From the IMG/VR virus record IMGVR_UViG_3300044742_000149, positions 4,005 through 68,004 of that record: a DNA stretch of 64,000 bases; one strand, 5' to 3'. The stretch's first letter is position 1. The number at the start of each line of letters is the position of its first letter. This stretch comes from a virus. Below the pieces are notes generated by a model that had not been told where the DNA came from, ran no database searches, and was given only the letters and a program-made list of their open reading frames with translations. The position numbers and the translations under genes were made by a program. Below, one piece after another: positions 56,024-63,790 of this stretch.

Positions 56024-56126
56024 GAAGCTGTGCGGTGGTCCGTGCGGCGGTCCGTACGGCACTTCGCAAACCGTTGACGTTGCAGGTGCGGCGCATCTGC
56101 GGCGGTCTGCGGCGGTTCACAGCTTC
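56024..56126. repeat. TGCGG(C/T)GGT array bounded by a 9-bp inverted repeat
   Basis: GAAGCTGTG at 56024 and CACAGCTTC at 56118; repeats at 56031, 56043, 56098, 56108, partial at 56087. Confidence 0.7.
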
Positions 56127-56134
56127 CCCCTTCG

Positions 56135-57031
56135 TCAGATCAGCTCGACTTTCTTGTTCAACGCCGCCGTCGCCGTGTGGTAGTGCGCCGGGAACTCCCG
56201 CCAGGTGACCTTGTTCGCCAGCGTGGCCCCGCCTTTTTCGTTCAGGAGCAACTCATGCCCCTGGTCCACCAGCCATTGGAACCGGAACCGGATGCCCCCA
56301 GGGGGCGACAGTGGTAACAGCGGGTGTGACCAGGGCGTGCCGTGCTGCTTGTGGTAGACGGCCGCCCCGGCCAGCTTGGCGTTCTCAATGGCCGGCAGCA
56401 GCCATTCGGGTCGCATGATCCGGGCGCCGCCGCCGCTCTCGCCGCCAGTGATGACCCAATCCATCCCGGTAAAGTTCAGGGCGTCGGTTGGGCCAATGAT
56501 CGGCTCGACCGAGACGAATGCCGTCATGTTCCCGCCGGTGCGCTCCTTGATCGAGCGCAGGACGTTCAGCCTCGCGGCAACTCGGTTGTCCTCCGCGGAC
56601 ACCCCGATCCAGAAGTTGGCCGGGATGCCGCTGTTGCCGTAGCGATCGACGAGGATTTTGCGGGCTCTGATCGGACGTTTACTGAGGATTTGCATGATTA
56701 CGGTTGGGTGCTGCTCGAAGGCATCCAGGGCCTTGTGGATCGCGTCATCCGGCACTTGCTCGTGGAAAAAGTCGCTCATGCTATTCACGAAGTTCAGGAA
56801 CGGGCGGAGCGTGCCGTCATCGGCGACATGAGGTTTCATTCGCCTCAACTGTGACAGCCGATGCAGATGCAGCTTCACGTCCTCGAACTTATGTCCGAAG
56901 TTGAAGCGCGTGTTCCCAACCAAAGCGGCCGCATAGCAGTTGTCGCAACCGGCGCTGACCTTCGTGCAGCCGACCCAGGCGTTGAGCGTGCCGGAACACC
57001 AACTGATATTCGAGTTCAGCACGACCATCAT
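56135..57031 (-). CDS. DUF5131 / phage Gp37-Gp68 family (three-Cys, radical-SAM-like)
   Basis: S.I.W...T.N.W.GCTKVSAGCDNCYA, FVNSMSDFFHE, Q.L.KR, W.GVS.E, FVS.EP.IG, DWVI.GGESG..AR. Confidence 0.93.
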   Translation of the reverse strand: MMVVLNSNISWCSGTLNAWVGCTKVSAGCDNCYAAALVGNTRFNFGHKFEDVKLHLHRLSQLRRMKPHVADDGTLRPFLNFVNSMSDFFHEQVPDDAIHKALDAFEQHPTVIMQILSKRPIRARKILVDRYGNSGIPANFWIGVSAEDNRVAARLNVLRSIKERTGGNMTAFVSVEPIIGPTDALNFTGMDWVITGGESGGGARIMRPEWLLPAIENAKLAGAAVYHKQHGTPWSHPLLPLSPPGGIRFRFQWLVDQGHELLLNEKGGATLANKVTWREFPAHYHTATAALNKKVELI

Positions 57032-57747
57032 GAGTCTCCTGGCGCGAATAAGAAACTTTGCCCGTTGGCCTCCATCGCCTCCCGCTCGTGGCGCTTCCTC
57101 GTGCGCCAAAGGCGTTTGACGGCTTCCGCAGGCATCGGGATGCCACTACGGCTCGCGCTCATCTTCTTCTTGGTTTCCGGCGATCGAGCTACTCCTGTTC
57201 GTGTTGCAATTTCAGCCTGGCCTTCCGGCGAAGAGAAATATCTCTTCCGGGCCGCTGATATTTTGGCCCCGACGCTCGGATCGCGCTTCCTCCCGAGTTG
57301 GTGTGAGGCGTGCGCGACTTTCATCTCCGGGGTCGCTGCCGCCCAGCGCAGTGTGTGTGATCTCGACTTTTTTCGGCGCGTGACGTCGCTATCCTTGTGA
57401 CCCTTTTTCAAATCACTGAGCAGCTTCTTTGTGTATTCGGTGAGCCTGAAAGCGCCCTGGTGTGGATCAGGGATCGTGCCGTTGAAGTAAGCCGCGAAAT
57501 GATAGGCGTATTTGGACTCCACAAACCCGAGTGCCGCCGGCTCGACGTCATGTGCCAAAACAACGAACGCGAAGGCGGACTCCCCGTACTTGGCCCATGC
57601 GCGCTGCAATTTAACACTGTGATGTTGCCCATTGCGCAACGCCAAACGATGCGCCTGCCAGCGCAAATCGACTTCTCGACTGGTTTTGCCGACGTACCAG
57701 CGGTCCGTCCCGCGTTGATTGATGCCATAGATTATCCCGGTCATCAT
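57028..57747 (-). CDS. GIY-YIG homing endonuclease with NUMOD3-like repeats
   Basis: IIY.I......WYVG, RW..H...L..G.HHS..LQRAW.KYG...F.F; RSPETKKKMS.S. Confidence 0.88.
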   Translation of the reverse strand: MMTGIIYGINQRGTDRWYVGKTSREVDLRWQAHRLALRNGQHHSVKLQRAWAKYGESAFAFVVLAHDVEPAALGFVESKYAYHFAAYFNGTIPDPHQGAFRLTEYTKKLLSDLKKGHKDSDVTRRKKSRSHTLRWAAATPEMKVAHASHQLGRKRDPSVGAKISAARKRYFSSPEGQAEIATRTGVARSPETKKKMSASRSGIPMPAEAVKRLWRTRKRHEREAMEANGQSFLFAPGDS

Positions 57748-57950
57748 GCTTCGTTCTCCTCCAGCACGCCCTCGATCATGCCAAGCACGATCCCCGCTTC
57801 CTCCCTCAACTCGGCGAGAGATTCGCGGGCTCCCCTCACGTCGCCGGTCAGAGTGAGCGAAGTAACCCGGCGTGCGAGCAGGGTAACTCGCCCGCTGTGC
57901 CGGATCACGACTGCCATGGCCGCTCGCATTTCGATTTCGGTGTCGCTCAT
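57744..57950 (-). CDS. Hypothetical protein
   Basis: ATGA coupled. Confidence 0.6.
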   Translation of the reverse strand: MSDTEIEMRAAMAVVIRHSGRVTLLARRVTSLTLTGDVRGARESLAELREEAGIVLGMIEGVLEENEA

Positions 57951-58168
57951 GCCTTCCCTTTCGCCTTGGCGATTACGAAGTCGATCTTAGCCAGCACGGC
58001 TTCGTCCCTGGCTATGACTTCCGCCTCCATGGCATCGAGCGTTTCACGGATCGGGTTGTTGGCGTCGTCAGGCACGCAGAACGATTGCAGCAGGCTCAGG
58101 ATGTTGTCCGCGATGTAGTCGCGCGCCATGTTCAGCGCGCGTAACAGTTCGGCTTCTCGCTTGGTCAT
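57947..58168 (-). CDS. Hypothetical protein
   Basis: ATGA coupled; ends IAKAKG. Confidence 0.6.
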   Translation of the reverse strand: MTKREAELLRALNMARDYIADNILSLLQSFCVPDDANNPIRETLDAMEAEVIARDEAVLAKIDFVIAKAKGKA

Positions 58169-58386
58169 TCTGGCTCCTTATCGCAGGCGGGGGAAACATT
58201 CACTTGCACGTCACCGTGCCGGCCGAGCCGATAGAGACTCACAATCAGTGCGCCATTGGCATTGCGACGGAAGCTAATCAGCCCGCCGCGACCGTGACCG
58301 TCGTTGGAATCGAATTCAATGATTCTTTCATCCCGGCCGGCATACTGATTCGCGACGCATCGCGTGGTTACTTTCGGTCTGATCAT
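58165..58386 (-). CDS. Hypothetical protein
   Basis: RBS GAGGA; coupled. Confidence 0.6.
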   Translation of the reverse strand: MIRPKVTTRCVANQYAGRDERIIEFDSNDGHGRGGLISFRRNANGALIVSLYRLGRHGDVQVNVSPACDKEPE

Positions 58387-58392
58387 GCGCCA

Positions 58393-58872
58393 TTATTCCT
58401 CGTCTTTCGGGCGTGGCACATTGCGGAACAGCGATCCCATCCGCTGGAGGACTTCGGGCTCATCCAGCGTCCCGTCAGGGTTGATGGTCGAGAACGTGAT
58501 CGCCGGCTCGCTGGCGTTCGCCTTGCCCCAGGCATCGAACTGGACGCGATCCAGGAACCGGACGAACTGCGCCAGGCTTCGCGGAGAGCAACCGGGCGGG
58601 TCGGTCCGAACGTATTCGCCGTCGCGGTCGTGAACTTCCGGACCAACGATCACCCCGTTGCCAGCGATCGGAGCCGCGTGTCCGTGGATCATGAAGAACG
58701 ATGTCTGCGGCTTGAACATGCCTTCCTCGTCAACGTAGAGCACGTCCCCGTTGGGCAGGCCCAGATACACGGCCTCGATCCAGCCGCCGACGAACCTTTG
58801 CAGGTCCGCCGTCGTGGAATACTCAACCTCGCGGATTTCCCTGGCCGCGCTGTCGATCAACATCGCTTTCAT
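58393..58872 (-). CDS. DUF3846-like protein
   Basis: LQ..VGG.IE.V.......LYVDEEG...I.G..VI.G. Confidence 0.75.
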   Translation of the reverse strand: MKAMLIDSAAREIREVEYSTTADLQRFVGGWIEAVYLGLPNGDVLYVDEEGMFKPQTSFFMIHGHAAPIAGNGVIVGPEVHDRDGEYVRTDPPGCSPRSLAQFVRFLDRVQFDAWGKANASEPAITFSTINPDGTLDEPEVLQRMGSLFRNVPRPKDEE

Positions 58873-59303
58873 GGCTTGTACTCCGTCCAGCTCAGGTCCA
58901 ACGCCTCCACGGCGGCCACCAGCAGCTCGTGTGGGCTGTTTTCGTCGGTCATCCTGGTATGATCCCGCCCCCAGTCCAGCAACGCCCTCAGCGCCTCCTC
59001 CAGGCGGCTCTCGCGGGGTGCCGTCTCGGCCAGGGTCCGGACCGCCACGTCATAGGTGGCGTGCAGGTCCGGCCACTCGTCAGCGAGGTCCGGCGCACCT
59101 TTCCCGTGCGCCGCCTCGATGTCCTTGACGAACTCCTGCGCGATCTCGCGCAGGGTCCAGCCCGTCCGATCTACCGGCTCGGCCAGAGTCGCGACCGCGG
59201 CCTCGTAAGCCGTGTCCAGATCGGACCAATCGACCGACTCTCCGCAGCCCGTGCCGCGCTCATACGCGGCAACGAGCAACTCACAGACCTCTCTGGCGGT
59301 CAT
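58869..59303 (-). CDS. Hypothetical protein with internal duplication
   Basis: DW.DL..AY..AV.TLAE repeated as EW.DL.ATY..AV.TLAE. Confidence 0.6.
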   Translation of the reverse strand: MTAREVCELLVAAYERGTGCGESVDWSDLDTAYEAAVATLAEPVDRTGWTLREIAQEFVKDIEAAHGKGAPDLADEWPDLHATYDVAVRTLAETAPRESRLEEALRALLDWGRDHTRMTDENSPHELLVAAVEALDLSWTEYKP

Positions 59304-60019
59304 CTGATCCTCCCCGACGTCTGCGCCCGACCGGCGATGCCCTGGTTGATGGAAACGCTCTCAGCTGCGGTTCGACCGGCGTTGTATGCCGCCGGATCGG
59401 CCACCCTCCGACCATGGCTCCCGCCGGCCAGCCTCATGCCCAGCGCCGCGAATGCCTCATCGACCAGGGGAGCCTTGATCAGCACCAGGTCGCGGCCAGT
59501 GGTCCGTTGCGTGAAGTCTCGTGCTGACTTCAGTTCCAGCAGCCGCTCACCCAGACGTGCCGCCATGCCCATTTTGAAGCTGGACAGCATACCGGACTGC
59601 CCGTGCTTCTTGAGCGCCATGTAATCCGGGTTGAACAACACGAAATGGTCGCTCTCCCGGTCGATCGCGCGCTTGAACACCAGCGTCAGATACTCGGCGA
59701 TCTCGGTATCAACCTTGAAGCCGAAGTAAACAACGCCGGAGCCTTGCGCCCAGGCTTTGCAGTCGGTGAACGCCGCGATCCGCAGCACCGCGCCGCTGAT
59801 CTCATGGTGCCGGACGTTCGCCACCTCCTGCTGGAAGATTACCTGTTCCTTGACGGTGACCTCGTCGAGGTCGATCTCGTATTTGGCCAGGAGACGATCG
59901 ACCGCCGCCGCGGCTTCCTTCGCCTCGGCCTCGGTGCATCCGTTGTCCACGGTCCGCGCCATCATAGCGCGGATTTGCGCGAGCTTACTTTCGCGCTGCT
60001 CTTTCGCTTTATCGGTCAT
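59300..60019 (-). CDS. DUF2786-like protein
   Basis: I.A..A.T..NGCTE.EA..A.....LL.KY.I; F..G....L.ERL; AY.AG...A. Confidence 0.78.
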   Translation of the reverse strand: MTDKAKEQRESKLAQIRAMMARTVDNGCTEAEAKEAAAAVDRLLAKYEIDLDEVTVKEQVIFQQEVANVRHHEISGAVLRIAAFTDCKAWAQGSGVVYFGFKVDTEIAEYLTLVFKRAIDRESDHFVLFNPDYMALKKHGQSGMLSSFKMGMAARLGERLLELKSARDFTQRTTGRDLVLIKAPLVDEAFAALGMRLAGGSHGRRVADPAAYNAGRTAAESVSINQGIAGRAQTSGRIR

Positions 60020-60073
60020 TTTGGAACCTTTACTTGGAGGGGAGGGGAGCGGTTGGCACCGCCCCCCAGCCAG

Positions 60074-61141
60074 TCACTCGGCGGCGTGGCGGTACTCGTC
60101 CTCGTCGTCGTCCTCGTCCCGTTCCTCGCGACCGAACTCCACTTCCGCCGTCGGCTCGTCCTGGGTCGGAGCCGCCAGCATTGGGATGCCGGGAGCCCGC
60201 TTCAGGATCTCCGCGACGCGATTGCGGAACCCCTCGGCTTTCGTCAGGAAGTTCGCCTTCGTGACGTCGTCCTCGGCCTTCTCGGCCCATGCGATGTTGC
60301 GCGTCTCATGGGCGCGCAGCGCCGCCAGGGTCAGCCGGATCGCCGGGGCCAGCAGCGCCGCCGTTTCCGGAGACGTCGCCTTCGTGTCCAGCTTGGACGT
60401 CCCGACGATCAGGATCACGCCAGGCCATGTCGAGAAGTCGAACACCAGCGGAGAGGTTGACGATCCGGCATTGTAGGCCCGGACCACCATGCCGCCCTTC
60501 GAGCGAAGATCCTTCGGCAAGCCAGCCTCGAGCGTCTTGGCGATCTCGCCGATGTGCTTCAGGTAAGCCGAGTTGATGCCGACCGGCTCCCACTCGCGCC
60601 CCTGAGCAGCTCCCTCGCCGTCCAGATTGGCGAACGCGGCTGTCGGAATACTCCGCTCGTAGTCGGGGAACTCCTCGTCCACGATCGCCACCTGGAAGGC
60701 CATGGTGCGCCGCGCGTCAGTCAACTCCGCGCTCGCCATCCCAGCAGCGAACCGCAGCCGGACTTTCCCGGCCGACGAGTCGTTTTTGGAAATCATGGCG
60801 ATGCGAGCCTTCAGACCATCGTTGGAAATGATGATCCCCGGCGTCATCCAGGCCGGGGCTTCCGTCCCGATCTTGAACGATGCCACGAACATCTTCGCGC
60901 CGTCGCTCGAAGCGATCCGCCCGACCCCTTCGTGGGCATGAAGGAAAACGCCCTCATACTTCGCGAAATTGCCCTTGTGGTCGGACGCCGAGTCCGCCGC
61001 CATCAGCAGCGCCGCCGGAATGAGCAGGTCTTCCGGCTCGGGCAGCTTCTCCACCTTTTCGGTTTCCGTTTCGTCAGCGTCGTCGCGCATGACCTCCGTA
61101 TGCACCGTCATATCGGTGCCGGGACGTGTTCGTTTAGCCAA
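60074..61141 (-). CDS. DNA polymerase III beta-clamp-like domain protein
   Basis: TTG at 61141 with GGAG RBS; GV.L.......ASSDG, VD..FPDY.R.IP, GIN..YL. Confidence 0.6.
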   Translation of the reverse strand: MAKRTRPGTDMTVHTEVMRDDADETETEKVEKLPEPEDLLIPAALLMAADSASDHKGNFAKYEGVFLHAHEGVGRIASSDGAKMFVASFKIGTEAPAWMTPGIIISNDGLKARIAMISKNDSSAGKVRLRFAAGMASAELTDARRTMAFQVAIVDEEFPDYERSIPTAAFANLDGEGAAQGREWEPVGINSAYLKHIGEIAKTLEAGLPKDLRSKGGMVVRAYNAGSSTSPLVFDFSTWPGVILIVGTSKLDTKATSPETAALLAPAIRLTLAALRAHETRNIAWAEKAEDDVTKANFLTKAEGFRNRVAEILKRAPGIPMLAAPTQDEPTAEVEFGREERDEDDDEDEYRHAAE

Positions 61142-61304
61142 TGTCTTTACTCCGGGTCGCGGCAGCCTCATTGACTGGCCGGATGTGCTTTCCTGGCACA
61201 TCGGAAAATGGGTCCGTCCCGCTTTCCGATTCCGTCAGGTGCGCAATGGGAAATTGTCCGCCGGTCAATTGTTTCCGTCAAGTAAATTACTGGTCCGCAA
61301 CTAG

Positions 61305-61370
61305 TTTTTTTGTCAGGAGCAACCCGGTGGGGTGGGTCATTTTTTGGTCAGGAGCAACTCAGGGGGGGGG
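61305..61370. repeat. Two copies of the T-tract-TCAGGAGCAAC-G-tract unit, 35 bp apart
   Basis: TCAGGAGCAAC at 61313 and 61348. Confidence 0.8.
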
Positions 61371-61404
61371 CCGTGCGCTGACCTTCGCCAGCGCACTCCC
61401 GAAG

Positions 61405-61803
61405 CTACTTCATCATCGTCAGCGTGATCGCTCGCGGCGTGACATCGATGGCCAGGGTGCCTTGCCACGGTGGCAGTTTTAGCGCGGCCTCGACGTCCTC
61501 GATCGGGAGGAATTCGCAACCATCGTCGCCTCCAAACCATGCCCGCTTCCGCTCATACCAGGTGTCGAACTCGAACTTCGAAGGGTCGATCTCCCTCGCG
61601 TAGACCACGAAGGAGCGGTGGTCGGACTTGTCCTCGTACAGGCCTGGCAGCCCGTTGGACATCAGGTAAACGCCGTGGTCGCCAACGAGCCAGAGACCCG
61701 CCCCGATCGGGGGCTCCTGGCCGTAAGTGGCGCCGTGCTTGGTCGCGGCCTTGGCGTGCGCCACCAACTTGCGCACGCCCTCCACGTCGAAGTGCAGCAT
61801 CAT
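61405..61803 (-). CDS. DUF3085-like protein
   Basis: LWLVGDHGVYLMSNG, VYA....P, FGGDD..EF. Confidence 0.8.
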   Translation of the reverse strand: MMLHFDVEGVRKLVAHAKAATKHGATYGQEPPIGAGLWLVGDHGVYLMSNGLPGLYEDKSDHRSFVVYAREIDPSKFEFDTWYERKRAWFGGDDGCEFLPIEDVEAALKLPPWQGTLAIDVTPRAITLTMMK

Positions 61804-62015
61804 GAGCGAACTCCTTCCATTTCCTCGTAGACCTCGACCTCGACCCGGTAGTCATCCGGTCGGGCGAACATGAATTCACGGCGGAACTGAGCGAGAGCTA
61901 TGGCCTTGTCCTTCGCCGCGTAGAGATACCGACCGGCGAGGTTGGCTCGCCGATCAGCAGGCGTCAGCTTATCGTCAGGAACGATCTGCCGGACGATGAC
62001 CCGGAAGCGGGTCAT
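61800..62015 (-). CDS. Hypothetical protein
   Basis: ATGA coupled. Confidence 0.55.
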   Translation of the reverse strand: MTRFRVIVRQIVPDDKLTPADRRANLAGRYLYAAKDKAIALAQFRREFMFARPDDYRVEVEVYEEMEGVRS

Positions 62016-62212
62016 TGCGCCTTCGCCATGACGTTCAGAGCGAAACCAACCGCCCAGCCCTTGGGCGATGTGATCGGCAACTGACCGCCGGTCGTGCCGA
62101 CCAGCTTGGTCTTGCCCGTGGACGAACTGGGTGCCGCGGCGCAAGCGCCCGCTCCCACATCCACGGTGATGATCAGCTTGTCGCCCTCGACCTTGTGAGT
62201 GACGTTGTGCAT
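62012..62212 (-). CDS. Conserved small phage protein
   Basis: NV...VEG.KL.I.VD......S.TGKT.LV.TT.G. Confidence 0.72.
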   Translation of the reverse strand: MHNVTHKVEGDKLIITVDVGAGACAAAPSSSTGKTKLVGTTGGQLPITSPKGWAVGFALNVMAKAQ

Positions 62213-62228
62213 CGAATGTCTCCGCTAC

Positions 62229-62299
62229 CGCCGGCATAAGCACCGACGTTCTGCGCTCCTGGCGCATACGCAGGGAGGCGGACGAACCGCCTCCCGTCG
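62229..62299 (-). ncRNA. Structured 5' leader, copy A (three hairpins)
   Basis: Near-identical to 63224-63295; stems preserved with G-U pairs on the minus strand. Confidence 0.6.
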
Positions 62300-62305
62300 T
62301 AACCG

Positions 62306-62617
62306 TCAGGTGTGGATCAGCCACTCCCGACTTCTCTCGTGGAAGATGAAACCGCCGACCATGCCGCAGCCGCGCCAGGAGAAAGACGGAGCGTTCTGGG
62401 CGTCCGGCCAGATAACGCCGCCTTCCTGAGCGAGCAGGTGCAACAACCGAGTGAACGCTTTCGAGAACTCATCGTGCAGCTCGTTTTGGTAGGCGAAAGC
62501 CATCGTGCGCATGAAATGCCGAGGATCGGCGATCTCGACGTTCACCGCCGCGTCCCCCACTCGGGACCAGCCGCAGGTTGTCGGCATCGGCTTCAGATCG
62601 GGCAACGTGCCGCTCAT
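62306..62617 (-). CDS. Hypothetical protein
   Basis: ATGA coupled; SF.W...M.GG.I.H.....W..HT. Confidence 0.65.
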   Translation of the reverse strand: MSGTLPDLKPMPTTCGWSRVGDAAVNVEIADPRHFMRTMAFAYQNELHDEFSKAFTRLLHLLAQEGGVIWPDAQNAPSFSWRGCGMVGGFIFHERSREWLIHT

Positions 62618-63204
62618 GGCTTCGTCCCCCACGGCAGGCCGAACCGCTTGGCGCAGGATGGGCCGTATCCGACTTCCTTCGAGCGATCGTCGGTTAGTTC
62701 CAGCCCGCAGAAGCAACATTCGCCGGTTGTCTGGCCGTAGGCCGACGCCGTGCCGGCCGGATCGTCAGCCAGCGCCCGCAGCAGTTCCAGGATCACGCCG
62801 AGGTTATCCAACGTCAGATCCCGGCCTGGAATGAACTTACCCTGTGGCGTGATCCGCCCGTAGAACTTGCGATAGCCGAAGCCCTTATCGGTGGACGTCA
62901 CCGCCACGGTTCCCGGCCATTGCGATTGCGCGCCGGAGATCGACAACCTGATCTTCAGCTCGTCTTTTCCCAGCGTCACCCGCGGGCGTTTCCCAGCCCG
63001 CACCAGGAATGCCAGCACTCCCCCGACATCGCCGATCTGTTCCGGGGGCGTCGTCGCCCGCATCACCAGCCTGTCTACCCAGGGCATTTGCTTCGCCGAC
63101 AGCCCGCGTCCAGCGGCCTGTTCTAGCAGGGATTGAGCGAAGCCCCGGTCGCGCTCATCGAGGCGACCGAGGTTGTCGCGCAATGCTTCGAGATTACTTA
63201 GCAT
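62614..63204 (-). CDS. DUF6011-like Zn-finger protein
   Basis: FA.SL......LS.KQ; C..CG.ELTD..S...GYGP.CA. Confidence 0.78.
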   Translation of the reverse strand: MLSNLEALRDNLGRLDERDRGFAQSLLEQAAGRGLSAKQMPWVDRLVMRATTPPEQIGDVGGVLAFLVRAGKRPRVTLGKDELKIRLSISGAQSQWPGTVAVTSTDKGFGYRKFYGRITPQGKFIPGRDLTLDNLGVILELLRALADDPAGTASAYGQTTGECCFCGLELTDDRSKEVGYGPSCAKRFGLPWGTKP

Positions 63205-63223
63205 TGTTTCGGTTACTCCACTC

Positions 63224-63295
63224 CGATCGGCATAGGCACCGATCGTTCTGCGCCTGGCGCATACGCAGGGAGGCGAGCGAACCCGCCTCCCGTCG
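63224..63295 (-). ncRNA. Structured 5' leader, copy B (three hairpins)
   Basis: Near-identical to copy A at 62229-62299. Confidence 0.6.
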
Positions 63296-63301
63296 CATGG
63301 G

Positions 63302-63520
63302 TCAGACCCCGACGAACCGATTCAGGATGCGCTCGCGGGCCTTGTCCGAAATCGCCCGGCTCGCGGTCTTGGTCGTGCCAGCCCGGAATGACCCGGCCTT
63401 GCCGAGGTAGACCTTCGCTTCCTTTTGGGGATGCGAGAAAACCCAGGAACGATCGGACCAAAAAATCCGGGTGTAGCCGTTGTCGGTCAGGTACTGAGCG
63501 AACTGTTCGCGAAGTGTCAT
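63302..63520 (-). CDS. Hypothetical protein
   Basis: ATG at 63520; Y.GKAG.FR.G.T...S. Confidence 0.6.
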   Translation of the reverse strand: MTLREQFAQYLTDNGYTRIFWSDRSWVFSHPQKEAKVYLGKAGSFRAGTTKTASRAISDKARERILNRFVGV

Positions 63521-63614
63521 TGTCTCAACCTTCATTTCCGCCAGCAGACTCGCCGGTCGGCATACGCTCCGGGCGTATGGGAAAGAGGCTTGCCGCTTTC
63601 CAATGGGTCCGGAA

Positions 63615-63748
63615 TTTTGAATCAGGAGCAACTTAGGGGTCGGGCCGTTTTTTGAATCAGGAGCAACTCGGGGTGGAGCCTGAATTTTTGAATCAGGTGC
63701 AACTCAGGGGGGCATCGATTTTTTGAATCAGGTGCAACTCAGGGGGGG
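63615..63748. repeat. Tandem array of four TTTTGAATCAGG(A/T)GCAACT(C/T)-G-tract units, 35-36 bp period
   Basis: TCAGG core starts at 63622, 63657, 63693, 63728. Confidence 0.92.
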
Positions 63749-63790
63749 CGGGCTTTTTTCGCAGCTGTGAATCGGGCCGCCAGGGGTGCC

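Noticed and set aside
56135-57747. Group I intron carrying the GIY-YIG gene
   Set aside because: DUF5131 is complete from its own start, flanking genes are ATGA-coupled, and there is no room for an intron core
62229-63295. Hammerhead ribozyme in the repeated leader
   Set aside because: CUGCGUA-stem-GAAC only resembles the CUGANGA-stem-GAAA core; essential positions differ and the stems are serial hairpins, not a closed three-way junction
63615-63748. CRISPR array
   Set aside because: Variable parts are only about 10 nt, far too short for spacers, and no cas genes are present; kept as an unexplained array
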